Positions 37,786 through 47,207 are shown, numbered from the stretch's first letter. The stretch is 64,000 nt of DNA from Thermoproteota archaeon (GCA_027491915.1 JAOZGC010000003.1:23744-87743); one strand, 5' to 3'. Translations and numbers: made by a program. The notes: generated by a model from the letters alone, not told the origin.

Positions 37786-38709
37786 ATGTCCCCGGAGGCG
37801 GTCGCCCCCCTGATAGCCGCGGCGCTATCCGCCCTGGGCATGGGGAGATGGATCTCCGCCGCGGAGAGGGCCGGATTAATTTCCCTCGACGTCCACAAGA
37901 AGAATCGCGTTGAATGCGTTAAGATAGGTGCTCTGCCCGCGGTAGCCGCCTCTTGGATGGGCATACTAATCTCCACCAGGATTGACCTCGCGGTGCTGTC
38001 CGCCGCCGCGGCGGCCGCGGCCATCGGCCTGATGGACGACGTGGCTTCCCTGAGGAACGCCGCCAAGGTGGTGCTGCCAATGATCTTCTTCCTCCCAATG
38101 AGATCTCCGTGGAGGGTCGTCCTCGGGGTCCGCGTGCCAGCCTGGCTCTCCTGGATGTGGGCCCCCCTGATCGGTTCCTACGTGGTCAACGGGGTCAACA
38201 TATACGCCGGATTCAACGGACTAGAGTCGGGATCCGTTCTGATCATGTCCACCGTGATGGCGGCCCACGCCGCCGCGGCGGGCGACCAGGCGGCCGCCGC
38301 CGGCTTTCTCTCCCTGGCAGCCGCTTACGCCGCCTTCCTCCCGCTCAATTGGTACCCGGCCAGGGCCTTCCCGGGGAACGTGTCCACCTTCTTCTCCGGC
38401 GCGGCCCTGGCCGCCCTGGCCCTGAAGGAGGGGCTGGAGTGGCCACTGTTGGTGACGTCCATCCCCCTCCTGGTCGATTTCGTGCTCAAGGTGGGGACGT
38501 GGTCCAGGGCCAGGGGCAAGGGGCGGTCGAGGCCCGGCCCCGACGGGAGACTGCTCCCTCCACCTCACCTGTCGGTCGCCAGCCTGATCCTCAGGGTGAA
38601 GCCCATGGGGGAGAGAGATCTGGTCTTGACGATGCTGACCCTCGTCGCCCTATCCGGGGCCTCGTCCTTCTTCCTCCCTCCTCTTATTCTCGTACATCCT
38701 CCAGCTTAG
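37786..38709 (+). CDS. MraY/GPT/AglH family transferase, copy 2
   Basis: DVHK, GLMDD, NGVNIYAGFNGLE, NWYPARAFPGN; ATG 37786. Confidence 0.9.
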   Translation: MSPEAVAPLIAAALSALGMGRWISAAERAGLISLDVHKKNRVECVKIGALPAVAASWMGILISTRIDLAVLSAAAAAAAIGLMDDVASLRNAAKVVLPMIFFLPMRSPWRVVLGVRVPAWLSWMWAPLIGSYVVNGVNIYAGFNGLESGSVLIMSTVMAAHAAAAGDQAAAAGFLSLAAAYAAFLPLNWYPARAFPGNVSTFFSGAALAALALKEGLEWPLLVTSIPLLVDFVLKVGTWSRARGKGRSRPGPDGRLLPPPHLSVASLILRVKPMGERDLVLTMLTLVALSGASSFFLPPLILVHPPA

Positions 38710-40206
38710 GATGGGCCTCTTAGTGGCCAGGGCCTCATCCAACCTACCTATGGCGGTCCTGCTCGGAGCCGACTTGACGGACTCCGGGTTCTCCGCGGCC
38801 TCCTCAAGTATCTCCTCCATGGCCCTGACGTAGTCTTCTATCTCGTCCAGTCCATCCGACTCGGTCGGCTCCATCATGAAAGCCTCCCTCACGATCGGCG
38901 GGAAGTAGATGGTCGGCGGGTGCACGCCGTAGTCCATCAGCCTCTTGGCCACATCCAGCGCCCTCACCCCCGTCTCCCTCTTCAGAGGTTCCAGACTCAG
39001 CACGAACTCGTGCTTGCACGGCTCGCCCCGACCGTATGGGACCTCCACCCCAGGCAAACCCTCCAGCCTACTCTTGGCGTAGTTGGCGTTTAGCACGGCC
39101 ACCCCAGACACAGTTCTCAACCCCTCGGATCCAAGCATCTTCAGATAGGCCCACGCCTTGACGAGGACGGCGAAGTTCCCGTAGAACGACCTTATCCGTC
39201 CGACCGTCTTCGGAACCGAGTAGTCCAGCACGTAGCGATCACCCTCCCTCCTGACCACCGGCACGGGGAGGTAGTCCTGGAGTCCCTCCCTCACGCCTAC
39301 GGCGCCGGCCCCCGGACCGCCGGTGCCGTGAGGGGTTGAGAAGGTCTTGTGGAGGTTGAGGTGGGCGACGTCGACCCCCATGGAGGACAGCAGCACCCTG
39401 CCGAGTATGGCGTTCAGGTTGGCCCCGTCGTAGTACAGGAGCCCTCCGGCCGAGTGGACGACCTCGGCCACCTCCAGTATGCCATCCTCGAACAGCCCCA
39501 GCGTGTTGGGATTCGTGGTCATGAGTCCAGCCGTCCTCTCCCCCGCGGCAGCCCTGAGGGCGCCGAGGTCTATCCGGCCCCGACCGTCCGCCGGTATCTT
39601 GACGACCTTGAACCCGGCCATCGCGGCGCTCGCGAAGTTGGACCCGTGGGCAGACACCGGTATGAGCATCTCGTCTCTCCTCCCCTCTCCCAACTCCTCC
39701 AGGTGCCTCCTGATTATCAGGGCCCCGAGGAATTCCCCGTGGGCGCCGGCCGCAGGCTGGAGCGAGAAGTGCGGGAGACCCGTGATCTCGGCCAGCATCT
39801 CCGACAGCTCGAACATGATCTTGAGGGCCCCCTGAACCGTCGACTCGGGTTGATACGGGTGGATCCGGCTTACCTGGGGTAGAGAGGCTATCTTCTCTGA
39901 GATCTTTGGATTGTACTTCATGGTGCACGATCCCAGCCAGTAGGGCCCGCTCTCCACCCCATAATTCATTTGGGAGAGCCTGACGAAGTGCCTCGCAACC
40001 CTCGGCTCGGTCAGCGAGGGGAGGCCCACCTCGTCCCTCCTCAGGTCCGGGGGGATCAGCTGCCACGGATCGGACACCCCGAGGTAATCCAAGATCCCCT
40101 CCTCTATCCTAAACTTGTAACTCCCCCCTCCTCCCTTCATCTCGAACACCAGCGGCTCGAGGAAGTCCTCCCCCAAGCGCCACCTGGCCTGCCTGTAATC
40201 CCTCAA
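38650..40206 (-). CDS. gcvPB: Glycine dehydrogenase (decarboxylating) subunit 2
   Basis: LGSCTMKYNP, QPAAGAHGE, HLNLHKTFSTPHG. Confidence 0.97.
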   Translation of the reverse strand: MRDYRQARWRLGEDFLEPLVFEMKGGGGSYKFRIEEGILDYLGVSDPWQLIPPDLRRDEVGLPSLTEPRVARHFVRLSQMNYGVESGPYWLGSCTMKYNPKISEKIASLPQVSRIHPYQPESTVQGALKIMFELSEMLAEITGLPHFSLQPAAGAHGEFLGALIIRRHLEELGEGRRDEMLIPVSAHGSNFASAAMAGFKVVKIPADGRGRIDLGALRAAAGERTAGLMTTNPNTLGLFEDGILEVAEVVHSAGGLLYYDGANLNAILGRVLLSSMGVDVAHLNLHKTFSTPHGTGGPGAGAVGVREGLQDYLPVPVVRREGDRYVLDYSVPKTVGRIRSFYGNFAVLVKAWAYLKMLGSEGLRTVSGVAVLNANYAKSRLEGLPGVEVPYGRGEPCKHEFVLSLEPLKRETGVRALDVAKRLMDYGVHPPTIYFPPIVREAFMMEPTESDGLDEIEDYVRAMEEILEEAAENPESVKSAPSRTAIGRLDEALATKRPILSWRMYENKRREEEGRGPG

Positions 40207-41579
40207 GGTCTCACCCCCTCACCGAGGGCGTCCGCGAACGAGTCCATGTCTTCCTTGGTGAGCCTCTCCGTAACCGCCGTCAGGGCGCAGTCGTACAGCT
40301 CCCCGTACCACCGGCCAATCGGCAGCGGCCCGAGGAACCCAGATCTTGCCATTCTCTCCGGGATCTCGGACCAGTCAATCCCCTCCGCGCGCACTAGAAA
40401 CTCCTTGAAGTGGAATCCGCTGAAGACCGGCGCCTCCAGTCCGGCGATCTCGGAGATCCTCCTCATCAGGTAGGCCGAACTCGCCACCAGCTTCAGGCCC
40501 AGGCTCCTTATCCCCTCCTCCCCGAGCAGGGTCAGGTACACGGCGGCCCTTATCGCCAGGAGGGACTCGTTGCTGGTTATGTTGGACGTGGCCCTCTCCT
40601 GCCTTATGTGCTGCTCCCTAGTCTGGAGGGCCATCGTGAATCCCCTGAGACCGTCGGCCGACACGGTCATCCCTATCAGCCTCCCAGGCATCTGCCTCAC
40701 CAACCTCATCTCTCCCCTGACCGCCATTATCCCGAGGCTGGGGCCGCCGAAGCTCATCGGGCTCCCTAGGTGCTGCCCCTCCCCCACAACCACGTCGGCC
40801 CCCTGCTCGCCCGGTGGCCTCATCACTCCCAACGCCAGGGGGTCGACGCCGACCGCGGCCAGCGCGCCCCTGGAGTGGGCCAGGTCGGCCGCGGCCTCGA
40901 CGGAGTCCTCCACCACCCCGAAGAAGTTGGGGCTTTCCAGGTAGATCATGGCGGCGTCGTCGGCCGACCCCTCCAAGGCTTCGAGGTCCACGGTGCCCTC
41001 CTCTCCCAGGTAAGGCACTTCCACCACGTCCACCCCCAGCGGCCGCAGGTAAGTCCGGAGGACCTCCCTCCTCTCCGGGTGCGCCGACCTCGGGATCACC
41101 ACCTTCCTCCTCCGGGTCACCCTGATGGCCAGCCGCGCCGCCTCCGCCAGCGCCGTGGACCAGTCGTAGAGGGACGCGCTGGCCACGTCCATCCCGGTCA
41201 GCTCGCATATCAGGGACTGATACTCGAATATTGCCTGGAGGGCGCCCTGGGAGGTCTCAGCTTGGTAGGGGGTGTAGGCGGTGAGGAACTCCTGCCTGGA
41301 AGCTATGAAGTCCACCAGCGGGGGCACGAAGTGATCCCAGATCCCCCCTCCGAGGAAGCACCTGGCGTCTTCCGCCGTCAGGTTCAACCTCAAGATCTCG
41401 CGGGCCTCTCTCTCAAGTTCTTCCTCTTCGATCCCCTCTCCTATGTTGGGTGGCTCTCTCAAGACTATCTCACGCGGGACGTCCGAGAAGAGATCCGATA
41501 TTGAGGACAAGCCCATTTTACTCAACATAATTTTAACGGTATTCTCGTCGGAGTTGGGAACGATCCGGTGGGCCCTCAT
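40203..41579 (-). CDS. gcvPA: Glycine dehydrogenase (decarboxylating) subunit 1
   Basis: FLGGG, EFLTAYTPYQAE, LQTREQHIR; ATG 41579. Confidence 0.97.
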   Translation of the reverse strand: MRAHRIVPNSDENTVKIMLSKMGLSSISDLFSDVPREIVLREPPNIGEGIEEEELEREAREILRLNLTAEDARCFLGGGIWDHFVPPLVDFIASRQEFLTAYTPYQAETSQGALQAIFEYQSLICELTGMDVASASLYDWSTALAEAARLAIRVTRRRKVVIPRSAHPERREVLRTYLRPLGVDVVEVPYLGEEGTVDLEALEGSADDAAMIYLESPNFFGVVEDSVEAAADLAHSRGALAAVGVDPLALGVMRPPGEQGADVVVGEGQHLGSPMSFGGPSLGIMAVRGEMRLVRQMPGRLIGMTVSADGLRGFTMALQTREQHIRQERATSNITSNESLLAIRAAVYLTLLGEEGIRSLGLKLVASSAYLMRRISEIAGLEAPVFSGFHFKEFLVRAEGIDWSEIPERMARSGFLGPLPIGRWYGELYDCALTAVTERLTKEDMDSFADALGEGVRP

Positions 41580-41584
41580 GCGAA

Positions 41585-41780
41585 GCAACCCCACCCTCAG
41601 CAGACCGAATTGCCTATAACTCAACCCCAGCGCGGGATCCCGGAGGGCCGCCCGTGGCCTCCCGGCAGATGCCGTCCCCAGGGTCCGCCGTCCGATCGGG
41701 GGATCCGCGGCGCGGCATCCCACGTTCGACCAACGCTCTTTCGGCACGCGCTGAAGGCACCGGAAAGTGAACTTTATCAA
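41585..41780 (-). promoter_or_regulatory. Candidate structured 5' leader of gcvPA
   Basis: TATA TTTAAAA at 41801-41807; several helices; alternative pairing onto the SD region. Confidence 0.45.
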
Positions 41781-41799
41781 CCAGGAGAACCATTATCTC

Positions 41800-42000
41800 A
41801 TTTTAAAGTGAGAATAGGTTGCCGATCACATGCGAGATCAACGTTGACAAAGGTAACCGCCGCTCTATAAGCTTATATTCGCGCTATAAAGTGAATTACT
41901 ATAAAAGGAAATCCCAACAAATTGTTGTAAAAGAGAACCCCCATAGCGCGCTATCCAGTCTTATATACCTCCTATAGGAGCCTCTCGCAGATGATCCTTT
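41800..42000. promoter_or_regulatory. AT-rich divergent control region with clustered palindromes
   Basis: TCAACGTTGA, TATAAGCTTATA, CAACAA-A-TTGTTG, ATAGCGCGCTAT, CTCCTATAGGAG; three CTATAA copies. Confidence 0.65.
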
Positions 42001-42201
42001 ATGGAGGCCGGGAAGATGCCCATAATATCTTTTAAGGTGCCCTTGTGGCTCAAGGAGGAGTTGGACGACCTGGTTCGCTCAGGCGTCTTCGTCTCCAAGA
42101 GCGAGATCCTCAGGGAGGCGCTCTTCAGGTTCCTCACCGAGTACAGGAGAGAGATGATGCTCGGCAGGACGTCGGGCGGCGCGGTAGGTGAGGTCTCTTG
42201 A
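42001..42201 (+). CDS. cdrS: Ribbon-helix-helix regulator, CdrS-like
   Basis: IISFKVP..LKEELDDLV..G.F.SKSEILREAL; translationally coupled to ftsZ2. Confidence 0.8.
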   Translation: MEAGKMPIISFKVPLWLKEELDDLVRSGVFVSKSEILREALFRFLTEYRREMMLGRTSGGAVGEVS

Positions 42202-43478
42202 GCTTCACGGATATCGTCAAGAGGGCCAGGAGCCTTTCTCCCCAAGGTGACGAGAGGGCGATCAATTCCATACTAAGCAGGATAGAGGACGACTACGATC
42301 TCGATTTCTCCACGGACGAGCTGCCGACCGATCTCCAGACCGGGCGCAGATCACGGATCAAGAAGATCGGAGAGGCCCAGATAGTGATAGTGGGCGTCGG
42401 AGGCGGTGGATGCAACACCGCGAGCGCCCTGATGAGGCTGGGGATAGAGGGGGCCACCATAATCGCGATCAACACCGATATGGCCCACCTGGACAGGAGT
42501 CTGGCTCACAAGAAGGTCCTCATAGGCTACTCCATAACCGGCGGCCTGGGGGCCGGGGGTTACCCTGAGGTGGGGAGGGCGTGCGCCATAAAGGACTCCA
42601 ACAAGATAGCCGAGGCCCTCGGGAGCAAGCCGGACCTGGTCTTCATAGCGGCCGGCATGGGGGGAGGCACCGGCACAGGGGCCGCGCCGGTGGTCGCCAG
42701 GATAGCCAAGGAGAAGGGCGCCATCGTGATATCCGTGGTCACCATGCCATTCGAGCACGAGGGACGCGATAGGAGGAAGAAAGCCGTGAGCGGGGTCAGG
42801 AGACTCAGAAAGTACTCCGACACCGTCATAATGATATCCAACGACAAGCTCTTGCAGTACAAGGACCTGAAACTCCAGGAGGCCTTCGACCTGGCCAACT
42901 ACGTGCTCGCGGTCATGGTCAAGGGGATAACCGAGATAATCAACAAGAAGGCCCTCATCAACATAGACTTCGCCGACATAAAGGCCCTCATGTCCGTCGG
43001 AGGCGGCCTCTCCGCCGTGGGGATAGGGGAATCGAGCAGCGAGGGAGGTAACAGGGTTATAGAGGCGATAGAGGTGGCGCTCGAGAACAAACTCTTGGAC
43101 TACGACGTTGATGGGGCTAAGGGAGCCCTCCTCCTCATAATAGGAGGCGAGGACTTGACGCTGGATGAGGCGACTAGGGGGGCCGACATGATACACAAGA
43201 AGCTCGCCCCGGACGCCGTGTTCAAGTGGGGGGCCGACATAGACCCCAGCATGGGCAAGACCGTTCGGGTGATACTGGTCCTCGCCGGCATAATGTCCCA
43301 GTCCATCATCCCCGGAATTGAGTGGTCCAGGGAGAGGGTCGCCCCCAGGTTGGCCGTCGATGGGGGTCTCCTCGACCCGGATGGGGCTGCCGCGGAGATT
43401 CTGGAGAGGAGGAAATCCCTCGTGTATTCCATCCTCCAGATGGTATTCGGCCAGGACGGGTTCATGATATTCAGGTGA
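42198..43478 (+). CDS. ftsZ: Cell division protein FtsZ2
   Basis: GVGGGGCN, GLGAGGYPEVG, GMGGGTGTG, LINIDFAD. Confidence 0.96.
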   Translation: MSFTDIVKRARSLSPQGDERAINSILSRIEDDYDLDFSTDELPTDLQTGRRSRIKKIGEAQIVIVGVGGGGCNTASALMRLGIEGATIIAINTDMAHLDRSLAHKKVLIGYSITGGLGAGGYPEVGRACAIKDSNKIAEALGSKPDLVFIAAGMGGGTGTGAAPVVARIAKEKGAIVISVVTMPFEHEGRDRRKKAVSGVRRLRKYSDTVIMISNDKLLQYKDLKLQEAFDLANYVLAVMVKGITEIINKKALINIDFADIKALMSVGGGLSAVGIGESSSEGGNRVIEAIEVALENKLLDYDVDGAKGALLLIIGGEDLTLDEATRGADMIHKKLAPDAVFKWGADIDPSMGKTVRVILVLAGIMSQSIIPGIEWSRERVAPRLAVDGGLLDPDGAAAEILERRKSLVYSILQMVFGQDGFMIFR

Positions 43479-43514
43479 CCCACCTGGCCGTCCCCCTTAT
43501 CTTTCTTCTCCCGC

Positions 43515-44630
43515 TCAATTTACAGGTAGAACCACCTCCTCCCTATACCCCGTCACTATCCTAACGTATCCCATGAACCTTCTCCTGGTCTCCTCGGGCA
43601 GATCCACCCAGAGGGACCTGAGGGAGAGCACCTTCTCCGGTTCCGCCACTACGACTAGGTTCTCCAGCCCGAGATTCAGGTCGTCCAATATCCGGGGGGA
43701 GATCTGCTGGTTTCCCCTCCCCAGGAGGAATCCAGAGCCCCCTATCGGGGATACCAAGATCCTGATCGGCCCGCGGGTTGACCTGAGCACCTCAGCCAGC
43801 TCGGGGGCCGACAGATCCCTGGCGATTATTCTCCCTCGGACTGCCACGTCCACCCCGAGGGGGGTCTTCCCCCGGATCCCCATGGCCGAGGCCACGGCGG
43901 TGACCGTGCTGCCCGGCCCCAAGATCAGCACGGCGTCGTCCGGGAGCTCCTCCCTGAGATACCTGGCTATCCCCTCTATGACCTCCCTCCCGTGTCCGAT
44001 CGACGTCTCCTTGCCTGGTTGGATCCTCTCGCCTGCTTCCGGGACGGCCATCCTCCCTATAATCCGGAGGATCAGCTTACCACTCCTGTAAGATGCTTCC
44101 TCGGCGTCCAAGACGTCCACTATCCTGACCCCGTCTATCCTGCCTGAGAGAAATTCTCTGGCGACCAGGCCTGCGTCCTCAGGCGTCCTGCCGAAGACCG
44201 GGGAGAACATCTTGACTCCGGCTGGCACTCCCACCGCGGGGACCTCCGTCCCGACCCCCCTCGACACGTCTCCGGCCGTCCCGTCCCCCCCCGCGAATAG
44301 GATCAGGTCGACCCCCTCTCTAACCAGGAGGGAGGAGGCCTCGACGGTGTCCTCCGCCGTGGTCTCGGCCCGCCTCGGTACGGGGAGAACCCTCTCCACC
44401 CTGACCCCGGCCGCGGCGGCGGCCCTCTCCCCCATCTCGCCGCCGGCCACCACCCACCCCTCGGCCGCGTCGCCCACGGCCTTCATGGCCCTGACCGCCC
44501 TCTTCCACGCGATAGGCTCGATCCCCATCCTCCTAGCCGACTCAACGGCCTCGGGACTATCAGTTCCCTTGAATCCGGCCGGGCCGCCCATACCCGCTAT
44601 CGGGTTCACCACGACGCCCACCCTGCCCAA
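43515..44630 (-). CDS. ATP-NAD kinase family protein
   Basis: VNPIAGMGG..GFKGTD, GGDGTA, PAGVKMFS, LLGRGNQQIS. Confidence 0.9.
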   Translation of the reverse strand: MGRVGVVVNPIAGMGGPAGFKGTDSPEAVESARRMGIEPIAWKRAVRAMKAVGDAAEGWVVAGGEMGERAAAAAGVRVERVLPVPRRAETTAEDTVEASSLLVREGVDLILFAGGDGTAGDVSRGVGTEVPAVGVPAGVKMFSPVFGRTPEDAGLVAREFLSGRIDGVRIVDVLDAEEASYRSGKLILRIIGRMAVPEAGERIQPGKETSIGHGREVIEGIARYLREELPDDAVLILGPGSTVTAVASAMGIRGKTPLGVDVAVRGRIIARDLSAPELAEVLRSTRGPIRILVSPIGGSGFLLGRGNQQISPRILDDLNLGLENLVVVAEPEKVLSLRSLWVDLPEETRRRFMGYVRIVTGYREEVVLPVN

Positions 44631-44694
44631 GGGACCTCCCGGCTCCCCCCCGCCGGCGGAGCCTTATTTACCGGGTCGGTTCCCTGGGCTCGGA

Positions 44695-45297
44695 TTGGGG
44701 GACACCTGGCTGCCGCCCGGCCTGACCCTGATAATCGGGGAGCCCGGATCTGGAAGATCGACCGCCATGTGGGCCGTGATAGCGAGCCTCGGGCGGCCCT
44801 TCACCGTGCTGGACTGCTCCGATTCGGCGGGGGTTCTGCTCAGGCTGGATTCCCTGGGGGAAGACCTCTCAGATCACGTTGTCGTCAGGTTCCCGCCTGA
44901 CGTTAGGTTGGCCGGTCGGCTGGCCGTCGCCGCTGCCTTGGGGACCCTCGGGGCGGAGGAGGAAACGGGAGACGGGGCGAGGGCCCTGGCCGCGGACGAC
45001 CTCTCCGTCTGCCTGAGCGTCAGCGAGAGCGAGGCGGCCGGTCGAGAGGAGCGTATTCGGGCCCACAGGAACTTCCTGTCCACGCTGGCCGTCCTGAGGT
45101 GGCACGGGGTGAGGACGGGGACCCCTTCTCTGGCCGTCCTGAGGATCCCAGAAGCCGACGGATTCGCGAGGCCGCCGGCGGACGCGTTGATATCGATCCT
45201 CGGGGGTGACGATCAGGTTATGTTGGAGATCTCTGCCGGCGGGCTGAGCATGACCGGCCTGCTCTCGCGTCGAGACCTGTCTCTGAAATTTATTTAA
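44695..45297 (+). CDS. Divergent RecA-superfamily (RadB/aRadC-like) protein with degenerate Walker A
   Basis: LPPGLTLIIGEPGSGRST, LAADDLS; TATA TTATTTA ~25 nt before TTG 44695. Confidence 0.65.
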   Translation: MGDTWLPPGLTLIIGEPGSGRSTAMWAVIASLGRPFTVLDCSDSAGVLLRLDSLGEDLSDHVVVRFPPDVRLAGRLAVAAALGTLGAEEETGDGARALAADDLSVCLSVSESEAAGREERIRAHRNFLSTLAVLRWHGVRTGTPSLAVLRIPEADGFARPPADALISILGGDDQVMLEISAGGLSMTGLLSRRDLSLKFI

Positions 45298-45317
45298 TCG
45301 GTCTTCCCGGAATCCAG

Positions 45318-45788
45318 GTGCCCGCCGCCCTGATCGAGGCCCTCTGGTACGTGCTCCCCGCCTACGTCGCCAACGCGGCCCCCGTGATATTCGGCGGCGG
45401 GAGGCCCCTGGACGGGGGAAGGTACTGGGTGGACGGCAGGAGGCTGCTCGGGGATCACAAGACCGTCAGGGGGTTGATCTCCGGCCTTTCGGCCGGTCTG
45501 ATCACGGGCGTCCTCCAGGGTAGAACCCTGTCGGGTCTGCTCCTGTCGGTCGGGACGATGGTCGGTGACTCCCTGGGCTCGTTCCTCAAGAGGAGGGCCG
45601 GAATAGAGCCCGGCGGGCAGGCCCCCATACTGGACCAGGAGGGATTCCTGCTGTTCGCCCTGGCCTTCGCCGCCCCCATAGACCCGCCGGAACCCCTCCA
45701 CGCGCTGATCCTGGTGATCGTGACACCCATCCTACACCTGGCGTCGAACGCCGTCGCCAGCCTGCTGGGGCTGAAGGGTGGTCTGTGA
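45318..45788 (+). CDS. carS: CDP-archaeol synthase
   Basis: PAYVANAAPV, PLDGG, LLGDHKT..G, GDSLGSFLKRR, PILDQ. Confidence 0.95.
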   Translation: MPAALIEALWYVLPAYVANAAPVIFGGGRPLDGGRYWVDGRRLLGDHKTVRGLISGLSAGLITGVLQGRTLSGLLLSVGTMVGDSLGSFLKRRAGIEPGGQAPILDQEGFLLFALAFAAPIDPPEPLHALILVIVTPILHLASNAVASLLGLKGGL

Positions 45789-46753
45789 TGGTCGGGCCGG
45801 GGATGGAGCGGGAGCGGGAGCGGGAGTCGGAGAGAGAGTCGGAGTTGGAAATCGTCCTGAGGAGGGTCGGGCTCCCCCCGCGGGTCTCGGCGAGGATAGC
45901 CTCCATGGGCCTGACGGTCGAAGACATACTGGCAACCCCATCGAGGGAGCTGGCCTCTAAGTTGAGGATAGACCGGAAGGTGGCAGATCGGCTGATAAGG
46001 ACGGCGGCCGAGGTGGCGTCGACTCCCAAACCGGCCTCCCACGTCCCCCGGAGGAGGATCCTATCCCTCGGCGTTAGATCGGTGGACGGCCTCCTGGGGG
46101 GAGGGCTCTCGGAGGGGAGCTTCGTGGAACTCTACGGGGAGCCCGGGTCGGGGAAAACCCAGTTCGCCCTCCACCTATGCGTCAGGGCCATGCTCCCCCA
46201 GGAGAGGGGGGGGTTGGGCGGTGGATCGGTCTACATCGACACGGAAGGCGGCTTCTCGGCCGCCAGATTGAGGGAGATGGCCGAGGGACAGGGAGTCCCC
46301 CCGGACCTGGCGCTCTCATCGGTCAGGGTCGTCAGGGCCAGGTCCGTCCCCTCCCTCATGGCCTCTTTGGACGCGGCAGACGGGTTGGTCCGCGAGGGGG
46401 AGGCTGTTCTCGTGGTGATAGACTCGCTGCTCGCGCCCTTCCGCTTGGATTACCGCGGGATGGGGGAATTGGCGGAGCGGCAGCACGCCCTGGCCGAAGC
46501 CCTGGCGATCGTCAGGAGGACCACGGCCAGGGGGGGCATAGTGCTGGCCACCAACCAGGTGGTCGGGGGGAGGGAGAAGAGGCCGGCCGGGGGATACGTC
46601 TTGGGTCACGCCCCAGACGTGGTTCTGAGCATCAGGAGATCCTTGGGCCTCAGGAGGATCCTCGGGGTGGTCGACTCGTCCTTCCTCCCGGAGGGCGAGG
46701 TCCTGCTAGCCATCACCCGCCGCGGCCTGGAGGACGTCGACGAAAAACTCTAA
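45788..46753 (+). CDS. RadA/Rad51-like recombinase paralog with N-terminal HhH domain
   Basis: GEPGSGKTQ, YIDTEGGF, VVIDS, RGMGELAERQ, LPEGE..ITRRGLED. Confidence 0.88.
   Translation: MVGPGMERERERESERESELEIVLRRVGLPPRVSARIASMGLTVEDILATPSRELASKLRIDRKVADRLIRTAAEVASTPKPASHVPRRRILSLGVRSVDGLLGGGLSEGSFVELYGEPGSGKTQFALHLCVRAMLPQERGGLGGGSVYIDTEGGFSAARLREMAEGQGVPPDLALSSVRVVRARSVPSLMASLDAADGLVREGEAVLVVIDSLLAPFRLDYRGMGELAERQHALAEALAIVRRTTARGGIVLATNQVVGGREKRPAGGYVLGHAPDVVLSIRRSLGLRRILGVVDSSFLPEGEVLLAITRRGLEDVDEKL
45805..45846 (+). repeat. GGAGCG-type hexamer repeat encoding ERERERESERESE
   Basis: Direct reading. Confidence 0.7.
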
Positions 46754-46789
46754 ACCGTTACGTCGCAGCCACCCCCACAGGTGTGGAGA

Positions 46790-47200
46790 ATGATCCCCGA
46801 CGACAGGAGATACACCAAGACCCACGAGTGGGCCAAGATGGAGGGGGACCTGGTGAGGGTCGGCATAACGGACCACGCCGTCGAGGAGCTGGGAGACGTG
46901 ACCTACGTCGAGGTCAAGAGGGTGGGGACCAGGGTAGCCAAGGGCGAGCCCATGGGGTTCGTCGAGAGCAACAAGGCGGTCGAGGACATATACGCTCCGG
47001 TCAGCGGGGAGATAGTCGAGGTGAACGCGGCGGCCGGCGTGGCCGAGGAGGGGAGGGAAGTCGAGTCGGCCCCAGATCCGGTGTCCGAGGATCCCTACGG
47101 CTCGGGGTGGATAGCCGCGATCAGGCCCGACGATCCGTCCGAGTACTCCGGGCTGCTCTCCCCAGAAGATTATAGGAAATTGTTGGAGGAGGAGAAGTAG
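46790..47200 (+). CDS. gcvH: Glycine cleavage system H protein
   Basis: YTKTHEW, VGITDHA, VESNKA lipoyl Lys, DPYGSGW. Confidence 0.96.
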   Translation: MIPDDRRYTKTHEWAKMEGDLVRVGITDHAVEELGDVTYVEVKRVGTRVAKGEPMGFVESNKAVEDIYAPVSGEIVEVNAAAGVAEEGREVESAPDPVSEDPYGSGWIAAIRPDDPSEYSGLLSPEDYRKLLEEEK

Positions 47201-47207
47201 AGAGCCG

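Noticed and set aside
41585-41780. Canonical glycine riboswitch
   Set aside because: Lacks the GGAGA and CUCUCAGG core elements; kept only as a novel-leader candidate
44212-44694. N-terminal part of the 361-aa ORF
   Set aside because: Antisense shadow of the NAD kinase gene; RecA-like sequence starts near 44695
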